Source: an uncultured Solirubrobacterales bacterium
GTDB lineage: Bacteria > Actinomycetota > Thermoleophilia > Solirubrobacterales > Solirubrobacteraceae
DNA length: 64,000 bases
Assembly: GCA_963814085.1 (NCBI GenBank)
Contig: CAWFBP010000002.1
Location: 725,754-789,753 of the forward strand
Direction: 5' to 3'
Each line of letters opens with the position of its first letter. Positions within the stretch are counted from its first letter, which is position 1. The notes below the pieces were generated by a model. That model did not search any database. It was not told the origin of the DNA and was given only the letters and a program-made list of their open reading frames with translations. A program made the translations under genes and the position numbers. Below, piece by piece: positions 57,944 through 64,000 of the stretch.

Positions 57944-58261
57944 ATGGCCGACAAGCCCAACAACCTCACCCAAGAACGCAAGGGTGTCTTCGACATAGTG
58001 CCAGGTGCGGGGATAATGCCTACCATTGCCGAAGCCATCGAGCGATCCAAGCACGAAGGCCGTCCGATCACGTTCAACTTCAGCGATGTGCCCGTTACGG
58101 TCGAAGCCGAGTCTAACCCCGAACTGATCCGCCGCGATATGTGCCGTGCATGGGAACAGCTACATCAGGGCTCAACGCAACCTGTAGCGCCCCCTCGCCA
58201 CCCGCACAAACCGAGACGACGGACCCGCGATGTTGGCAGCCAGAGCGGCCTTGACCGATGA
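57944..58261 (+). CDS. Hypothetical protein, probably leaderless
   Basis: TTGATT-N18-TATGGT-N6-ATG. Confidence 0.5.
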   Translation: MADKPNNLTQERKGVFDIVPGAGIMPTIAEAIERSKHEGRPITFNFSDVPVTVEAESNPELIRRDMCRAWEQLHQGSTQPVAPPRHPHKPRRRTRDVGSQSGLDR

Positions 58262-58423
58262 CCAACGCACCTGCTCACCGAGCAACGTCTCGACGGTTGC
58301 ATGGACCGCCTTGGCCTGCATCGGCTCGCCTCAGCCAACACGCGCACGATCGCCTCAACGACCCAGCCTGCCCGACGATGCTCCGAGCCGATCGACCGCT
58401 TCAACAAGACATTAATCCGCATT

Positions 58424-59011
58424 TCACTGCGAACGATGCTTCTCCGTCGGCGGCGGTTCGGCACTGCCAGGCTTTATTGCCTTAGCCCCCTGCTTGGCCA
58501 AGGTGCGTTCAACGGCCCTCTCGAACAACTTTTGAGTAGCGGCATCGGGGTCTGGAAGACGCACTATGGCGAAGTACGTAAGAGCGCTTTCCACTATGCC
58601 AATGGTCAAGAAAAGAGCAGCACCACACGCAGCCACCGTCAGAAATGTCGTTGCTGCCTGTGTTGCGATGGCGTAAAGCGCACAGGTCTCGCCACCGATG
58701 AATATAAGGAGTTGAGCCAGATACGCACTGATGACTCGATTCGACCGTATCTTGTCTGACGGCATACGATCGAATGCGAGCCTGTTCTCAACTAGGCAAG
58801 CTATTAGGACGATCGGCAGGATCCCAGCGATTACGGTGTATAGTTCAGGGTGTATATGCCGTCCAAAGGTAGTAGCGAGGCTTACAAGCCAAGCGAGCGC
58901 AAAAGGCGCAGACGCATAGAGGAGTGAAGCCCAAATCAAGGTTAGTTGGCGAATGGCCTCCAAAAGACGCTGGAGCTGGGGCGAGGGTCGAGGTTTGATT
59001 TGCTCATCCAT
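58424..59011 (-). CDS. Hypothetical 4-TM membrane protein
   Basis: Four hydrophobic segments; lower GC. Confidence 0.55.
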   Translation of the reverse strand: MDEQIKPRPSPQLQRLLEAIRQLTLIWASLLYASAPFALAWLVSLATTFGRHIHPELYTVIAGILPIVLIACLVENRLAFDRMPSDKIRSNRVISAYLAQLLIFIGGETCALYAIATQAATTFLTVAACGAALFLTIGIVESALTYFAIVRLPDPDAATQKLFERAVERTLAKQGAKAIKPGSAEPPPTEKHRSQ

Positions 59012-59048
59012 CCTGATCTTGCCGGACACGCTACTGATGCTTAACCGC

Positions 59049-59633
59049 TTATTCGGACGATTGACCCTCGGCTTGGAGTGCCTGCTTAGCAGCCCAGCGC
59101 AGATACATCTCGTCAAAGTCATTGACGTAGACACGCAGCAAATCACCCAGCCTTAGCTCTGAATCATCGTGCCCAAGATCCTTGCGTACAAGCAGCAGCA
59201 GCTTTTCATAGTTCAGGAGGCTTGTCGGGTTGGTTGGGTCATCAGCAGACACGCCACGAAGGCGGAACTCAATCCATTCCTTGATGATTGGTGCTGGTCC
59301 ATACAGCAGTAGCTTCGTTGTGAGGTCCTTGAAAAACTCCGCCGTCTCGGCTTCCTCTGGATTGTCCTTCAAGATACTGACCAACTGCTCATAGATGGGC
59401 GACATCTGCTCTCGGCGCAATCGCTCCAATTCTTGCTTCTTTTCCCATCGACGCTGGAGGATAGCTGCGACAAGCACGCCGATTGCACCTGCTATAGGTC
59501 CGCTCACAGCAGGGTCCTCGACCACCCCATACACGAGCGCCGCTCCAGCGACGAGCATGATGACGAAGCCGACGACACCAAGGGCAATCGTGGTTCGAGG
59601 AGTGCCCACCTCTTGTTGTGGCGATGAGGCCAT
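59049..59633 (-). CDS. Hypothetical 2-TM protein with helical cytoplasmic domain
   Basis: Two N-terminal TMs; IYEQLV...LLLYGP...LLLLVRKDLGH. Confidence 0.65.
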   Translation of the reverse strand: MASSPQQEVGTPRTTIALGVVGFVIMLVAGAALVYGVVEDPAVSGPIAGAIGVLVAAILQRRWEKKQELERLRREQMSPIYEQLVSILKDNPEEAETAEFFKDLTTKLLLYGPAPIIKEWIEFRLRGVSADDPTNPTSLLNYEKLLLLVRKDLGHDDSELRLGDLLRVYVNDFDEMYLRWAAKQALQAEGQSSE

Positions 59634-59755
59634 AGGAACTGAGCCTGGCATGGTCGCCGGACGACTTTTCGCAGTTGTCTCCAGCGACTCCTGAGCCAGC
59701 ACCCACAGGAGAACGCTACGAGGCCGCTAACCAGCAGGCCACATCTGACGTAGAC

Positions 59756-60103
59756 TTATGTCTGCGACACCAGTCGGTAGGAGCCATAGGCGACCCGCTC
59801 GAATCGCGGTACCGTCGCACGCGCCCCGGCCCCCAGACACCAGCTCACCGAGTGCTTGGAGACAGGATGCCCGAGCAGACGCTCAACCGCCAGATGGATG
59901 TCTGTACCGCGCATCGGCCTACCAGCCGCCGTCAAGACCTGGACGATCGCTCGCTGCACCACGCCGTTGCCCAGCCGCCGCAACGGCGGCTCCACCACGA
60001 CCGACCCCCGCAGCTCCCTCGGTCCCGGTCGGACGACGGCGGCCGCCTCGAACACCGCCACCAGGGTCGCCGAGGGGTTTGAGAGCTGTCCTACCAAGTG
60101 CAT
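59756..60103 (-). CDS. Small wHTH-like protein starting inside an att-like site (copy 1)
   Basis: MHLVGQLSNPS...VQRAIVQVLTAAGRPMRGTDIHLAVE...FERVAYGSYRL. Confidence 0.7.
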   Translation of the reverse strand: MHLVGQLSNPSATLVAVFEAAAVVRPGPRELRGSVVVEPPLRRLGNGVVQRAIVQVLTAAGRPMRGTDIHLAVERLLGHPVSKHSVSWCLGAGARATVPRFERVAYGSYRLVSQT

Positions 60104-60104
60104 T
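60072..60104 (+). repeat. 33-bp att-like direct repeat, copy 1
   Basis: GAGGGGTTTGAGAGCTGTCCTACCAAGTGCATT. Confidence 0.9.
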
Positions 60105-60131
60105 GGCACCGTTCGCCACCCCAGATTCGGC

Positions 60132-60497
60132 TCAGGCTACGGCGGCGAACTCCCGCTCGACCTCGCCATCCACAGTGCGCTGAAAGCAGACGAGCAACTC
60201 CTCGTCCAGCACTGCGGCGATTCGCTGCAAGGTGGGCAGCTGCGGGATATGCGTGCCCTTCTCGAGCCGCGACACCGCGCTGTGCGAGGTCCCCGCAGCC
60301 TTGGCGACCTCCTCCTGAGTCAGCCCCAGCTCGAACCGCCGTTCACGCAGATGCGCAGCAATCGGGCTGACCTCGCGCAAAGCACGAATGCGCGCGTACT
60401 CAGCACGGGCGTCACGATACGCCTCGCTGCGATCGGCGCGACTACCCGCCGCGTCGACAGCGGGACGGCCGACAGGGCTTTGGACGGCGTTGCTCAC
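60132..60497 (-). CDS. higA: XRE antitoxin (HigA-like)
   Basis: LRERRFELGLTQEEVAKAAGTSHSAVSRLEKG; downstream of the toxin. Confidence 0.8.
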   Translation of the reverse strand: MSNAVQSPVGRPAVDAAGSRADRSEAYRDARAEYARIRALREVSPIAAHLRERRFELGLTQEEVAKAAGTSHSAVSRLEKGTHIPQLPTLQRIAAVLDEELLVCFQRTVDGEVEREFAAVA

Positions 60498-60528
60498 GAG
60501 CCATACCTTATCACGAATGATAAGTCGA

Positions 60529-61014
60529 TCAGCCTCGCCGCGACTTCGGCGGAGCATCCCGGCCAGCCGCCCGCGGAGGACGACGGCGCTCCGCGTCCAT
60601 CCTCGCCCGAAAATCGGCCATGCGCCTCTTGGCCGTCTCACGGTCACGCGCCGGCACAGCGCCGGTGTTCTTCTCGAAAGCGTGGAGAAGGACGACCAGG
60701 TTGCTGGATCGCTGATAGAGCAGCCGGTAGCGAGTTCGCGCGAAACGAACTCGCAGCTCGCGAAGCTCTCCCTCGATCTGCGAGGTGATCGGAAACTCGG
60801 GCGGCGGCGCCTCTGGCTGCCTCCCGTTCAGGTGCTCCTCGATCGCATCGTCGATCTTCGCCGCCGTGAGCGGCTGGGTCTTCAACAACTCCTCCAAGAA
60901 GACGTCCACCGGCTCGCGACCGCTGGTGTCTCGGTAGAACACCGCCTGCGTCCGCCCGCGCGGCGACGCCGCATTGCTACCCGAGGAGGCGGACGTACGT
61001 CTGAGCGAGACCAT
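60529..61014 (-). CDS. higB: RelE/HigB-like (Gp49/DUF891) toxin
   Basis: FYRDTSGREPVDVFL, LRELRV, YRLLY, LLHAFEKNT. Confidence 0.85.
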   Translation of the reverse strand: MVSLRRTSASSGSNAASPRGRTQAVFYRDTSGREPVDVFLEELLKTQPLTAAKIDDAIEEHLNGRQPEAPPPEFPITSQIEGELRELRVRFARTRYRLLYQRSSNLVVLLHAFEKNTGAVPARDRETAKRRMADFRARMDAERRRPPRAAGRDAPPKSRRG

Positions 61015-61058
61015 CGCCAGGAGCCTAGAAGTCGCTCCGGCGTACCGAGTAGCGAACG

Positions 61059-61856
61059 CTATTCGGGAGGAAACTCAGCGATCAAAGCCGCCTTCCAGGC
61101 GCCTGCCTGGTCCAGTGGGATGTAGACGATGCCATCGATGTCCGAAGGCTTCTCCACTGTCGGCTCGTACAGAACGGCAACGCGCTCACGACCGAGACGA
61201 CCGTAGAAGAAGCCCATCTCGAAGACAACGTTCTGACGGGCACGGGGACGAAGGTCCTTTCCTTGCGGCCCACCTACGTCGTCGGCAGTGAGCAGAATGA
61301 CAGCGTTCCCCGCTGTCGCCGCGTGTTGCTCGAACTTCTCAATGAGGGTGCGTCCTTTGTTCGCCTGCTCGTGGAGGATCACGACCTCCCGTCCGGCCTT
61401 CTCGAGTGTTCGAGCAACGGCTTCACGGATGGCCTCGTTCTGACCGTGGACGATGAAGATTCCCATGGGCGTTGGTGTGGAGGGCTCTTGAGCCGTCTGC
61501 CCAGATAGAGCAACGCCGGACGGCTCGTCGACCAGCTCCAATTGCTCGACCAAGGATCGTAGAACGTTGCTGCGGCTCTCAAGCCGCTCGATCGCCCGAA
61601 TCTGTTCGACATTCCATGGCGTACCCACAACTGCGACGAGGGTCCTCCCCGTTTTTTCGAAGTCCTTCTGCTGGTTCGATCCCTCGCCGTAGATCTTTGC
61701 GACCACCGCCGAACCCATCCGTCGCCAGCGTTCGAAGTTTTGAATCCAGTGGTCGTAGTCGTTCTCGCTCTGGCTCTGCCTGCCGTTCTGGGCGAGTGCC
61801 ACTGCCTTCTCGATCTGCCTCTTGAAGAAGCTGTTCCGCAGTGTGGCATGGGACAA
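61059..61856 (-). CDS. TIR-like nucleotide-binding protein (CAP12/PycTIR-type TIR)
   Basis: IFIVHG, LHEQANKGRTLIEKFE, RARQNVVFEMGFFYGRLGRERV, PSDIDGIVY. Confidence 0.9.
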   Translation of the reverse strand: MSHATLRNSFFKRQIEKAVALAQNGRQSQSENDYDHWIQNFERWRRMGSAVVAKIYGEGSNQQKDFEKTGRTLVAVVGTPWNVEQIRAIERLESRSNVLRSLVEQLELVDEPSGVALSGQTAQEPSTPTPMGIFIVHGQNEAIREAVARTLEKAGREVVILHEQANKGRTLIEKFEQHAATAGNAVILLTADDVGGPQGKDLRPRARQNVVFEMGFFYGRLGRERVAVLYEPTVEKPSDIDGIVYIPLDQAGAWKAALIAEFPPE

Positions 61857-62048
61857 GGATCTCAGTCATCAGATACCGAGACTATCTTGTGATCCGTGCG
61901 CATGTGCCCCGACACGCCGGCGCGAAGCACTCAGCCAGTACGGAGCCTGAAACGCCAATCGGATACCGGCCACGTCCGAGTCTCACGAACGGCGCCCCGT
62001 GCTCCCGTGCCTGACTCACAAGCCACTCCCACCCGCGACCCGCAGCAG

Positions 62049-62384
62049 CTATCCCCGCTTGAGTCGGTAAACGCCGTAGCCGACGCGCTCGAACCGGGGT
62101 TGCCGACCTCGCACGCAGGCGGCCAGGCACCAGCTCACGGAATTCTTGGAGACTAAATGCCCGAGCGCATGCTCGACCGCCCGATGGATGTCGGCACCGC
62201 GCATCGGCCGATCGGCTGCTGCCAGCACCTTGACGACGGCTCGCTGGATCACGCCATTTCCGAGCCGGCCCGGGGCTGGCAGGGACTCCGAGCGACCAGT
62301 AGGGCCGATAGGCTCGCCCGACAGTGCCTCAAACACCGCTTCCAACGGGCCGGAGGGGTTTGAGAGCTGTCCTACCAAGTGCAT
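62049..62384 (-). CDS. Small wHTH-like protein starting inside an att-like site (copy 2)
   Basis: MHLVGQLSNPS...IQRAVVKVLAAADRPMRGADIHRAVE...FERVGYGVYRL. Confidence 0.7.
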   Translation of the reverse strand: MHLVGQLSNPSGPLEAVFEALSGEPIGPTGRSESLPAPGRLGNGVIQRAVVKVLAAADRPMRGADIHRAVEHALGHLVSKNSVSWCLAACVRGRQPRFERVGYGVYRLKRG

Positions 62385-62385
62385 T
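62353..62385 (+). repeat. 33-bp att-like direct repeat, copy 2
   Basis: Identical to 60072-60104. Confidence 0.9.
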
Positions 62386-62546
62386 TCGGCAGGGTTGAAC
62401 GTCGCTATTGGAACCACGCTCGCGCCCGTCCATCCGTTCAGAGCAGCCGTCGATCCCGACTTCACATCGTCGGCACGAGGGGCACTGGCGCCGTCAGGTG
62501 CCCCCGGGCGGGGAGGATCTGCGCACCTTGCGTCGAAGGGCGCGGC

Positions 62547-63290
62547 ATGGCGCAAACGACTCGGATCGAGTGGACGGAGGCGACATGGAACCCGGTCACC
62601 GGCTGCCATCAGATTAGCCCTGGGTGCGCTCACTGCTACGCCAAGACGTTCGCCGAGCGCTGGCGCGGCATTCCTGGGCATCACTACGAGCAGGGCTTCG
62701 ATCTGCGGCTGTGGCCAGCGCGGTTAGAACAGCCGCTGCGCTGGAGGCGTCCACGGGTGATCTTCGTCAACTCGATGAGCGACTTGTTCCACGAGGGGAT
62801 TCCCGAGGAGTACATCGCGGAGGTCTTCGACGTAATGGCGCGGGCATCGCAGCACACATTTCAGGTGCTCACCAAGCGCGAGGAGCGCCTAGCCACCCTC
62901 GCGCCGCGACTGCCGTGGCCGGAGAACGTGTGGATGGGCGTGACCATCGAGAACCGACGGTTCGTTGCCCGTGCCGATCGGCTGCGCGAGGTGCCGGCAG
63001 CCGTGCGGTTCATCAGCGCGGAGCCGCTGTTGGGGCCGCTCGATGGACTGGACTTGACGGGGATCGACTGGCTGATCTCGGGAGGGGAGAGCGGTCACCG
63101 TCACCGCCGCGTCGACCCGGTGTGGTTGCGTGAGCTGCGAGACCGCTGCCAGGCCGAGGGAGTGGCGTACTTCTTCAAGCAGTGGGGAGGCCGCACCCCG
63201 AAGGCAGGTGGCCGGACACTCGACGGGCGGACCTGGGACGATATGCCGGCCCTTATACCGAGTCGTCGGACGCCGGCTGTCGTTGCCTGA
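62547..63290 (+). CDS. DUF5131 / phage Gp37-Gp68 family three-Cys protein
   Basis: TRIEWTEATWNPVTGCHQISPGCAHCYA, FVNSMSDLFH, SAEPLL, GGESG, FFKQWGG. Confidence 0.93.
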   Translation: MAQTTRIEWTEATWNPVTGCHQISPGCAHCYAKTFAERWRGIPGHHYEQGFDLRLWPARLEQPLRWRRPRVIFVNSMSDLFHEGIPEEYIAEVFDVMARASQHTFQVLTKREERLATLAPRLPWPENVWMGVTIENRRFVARADRLREVPAAVRFISAEPLLGPLDGLDLTGIDWLISGGESGHRHRRVDPVWLRELRDRCQAEGVAYFFKQWGGRTPKAGGRTLDGRTWDDMPALIPSRRTPAVVA

Positions 63291-63359
63291 GCGCACGAGC
63301 ACCACTGTCGTGGCCCATGCGTTCCAGTGTCCGGGCCGTGTGAAATCCTGCGCAGCTCC

Positions 63360-64000
63360 ATGTCCGTCACGGGTGATCCGCTGGAGTTCTTCGAGGAGGC
63401 CAACGATGCCTCCCGTCACAAGCTGGCGATCCTCAGCAAGTACCTCAAACCGCTGGCCTACAAGATCGGCTCTGGCTGGCCACAACTCTGGATCGTCGAC
63501 GGGTTCGCGGGGGCAGGCGAATACAAGCCTGACGCCGACGGCGTCGCCCAGCCAGGGTCGCCGCGGATCACAGCGGTGTGGGCCAAGGATCTGGAACGGA
63601 CCCGGGGCCAGCAGGTGCTGCGCTGCATCAACGTCGAGTCCCACCCGAAGGTTTACGAGACGCTCCGGGCAAACCTCGCACCGTGGAAGGATCTCATCGA
63701 CTTCCGGCCCGGAGAGTTCGCCGCCCGCCTTGATGGCATCCTGGAGACCATTGGCGCCGCACCGGCGTTCTTCTTCCTCGACCCGTTCGGGGTCAACGGC
63801 ATTGAGATGCACTTGCTCGAGCGTATCCTCGCCCGGCCATCGCACACCACCGAGCTGCTGATCCACTTCAGCGACAAGTCTTTCAAGCGGATGGCCGGTC
63901 ACCTCGACGATAACGAGCGCCGCAGCCAGGTCGGCCGGGCGGTCGCCGACGCCAAGGTTGCCCGGCTCGACGCGGTGATCGGCTCCAAGCTCTGGCAGCG
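63360..64000 (+). CDS. tcmP: Three-Cys-motif partner protein (methyltransferase-like), truncated by the window edge
   Basis: Manual translation: SRHKLAILSKYL...IVDGFAGAGEY...GSP...FFFLDPFG...TELLIHF. Confidence 0.85.
   Translation, partial: MSVTGDPLEFFEEANDASRHKLAILSKYLKPLAYKIGSGWPQLWIVDGFAGAGEYKPDADGVAQPGSPRITAVWAKDLERTRGQQVLRCINVESHPKVYETLRANLAPWKDLIDFRPGEFAARLDGILETIGAAPAFFFLDPFGVNGIEMHLLERILARPSHTTELLIHFSDKSFKRMAGHLDDNERRSQVGRAVADAKVARLDAVIGSKLWQ

Larger units (their letters stand above)
41185..64000. mobile_element. Serine-integrase genomic island / mobilizable element at tRNA-Leu; right boundary uncertain
   Basis: Integrase runs into the tRNA 3' end; relaxase and coupling protein present; no housekeeping genes through 64 kb. 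Confidence 0.65.

Noticed and set aside
58230-58420. Possible decayed IS481/IS3 integrase-core fragment (LTD...IDRFNKTL)
   Set aside because: Similarity too short to support without an alignment.
1-64000. CRISPR array, rRNA, or reverse-transcriptase (retron/DGR) system
   Set aside because: No regularly spaced repeat-spacer array, rRNA-like sequence or RT motif seen; the repeats at 22.6-25.1 kb are coding propeller repeats.
41185-64000. Exact attR duplicate of the tRNA-Leu(CAG) 3' end
   Set aside because: GTCCTCTCATCCGCA was not seen again in the window, so the right boundary is left unassigned.

Overview
High-GC actinobacterial DNA; the protein styles suggest Solirubrobacterales/Thermoleophilia (inference). 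Almost all of it is accessory, arranged around a tiny chromosomal anchor of divergent tRNA-Glu(CTC) and tRNA-Leu(CAG) genes at 40.9-41.2 kb. Left of the anchor (1-40.7 kb) lies an ICE-like region. It has a Gram-positive-type conjugation operon (lytic transglycosylase, VirB6-like, VirB4-like, TcpE, pilin-like) and a membrane-anchored ECF sigma/zinc anti-sigma fusion with three matching promoter-like motifs. It also has a secreted-protein operon whose subtilase is split by an IS1380, and a ~19 kb co-oriented block: PadR, ABC exporter, YtpB-like terpene cyclase, three IclR-type regulators, a 3.1 kaa RHS/beta-propeller protein and its partner lipoprotein. This region ends at an orphan 3' half of tRNA-Ile2(CAT) fused to a yrbE/mlaE remnant. 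Right of the anchor is a large-serine-recombinase element in tRNA-Leu, with a catalytically altered recombinase paralog, a DNA methylase, a Replic_Relax protein and a coupling ATPase. Unusual regulators follow (alphaCTD-sigma4 fusion, pseudo-receiver), then defence-like cargo: Nudix-MTase plus CYTH, DUF2441-like, HigBA, TIR-like, DUF5131 plus TcmP. The most striking unexplained structure is two identical 33-bp att-like sites. Each begins a small wHTH gene that is in frame with the stop-less integrase, and the two bracket a defence cassette. All calls come from motif recognition by eye; no database searches were run.
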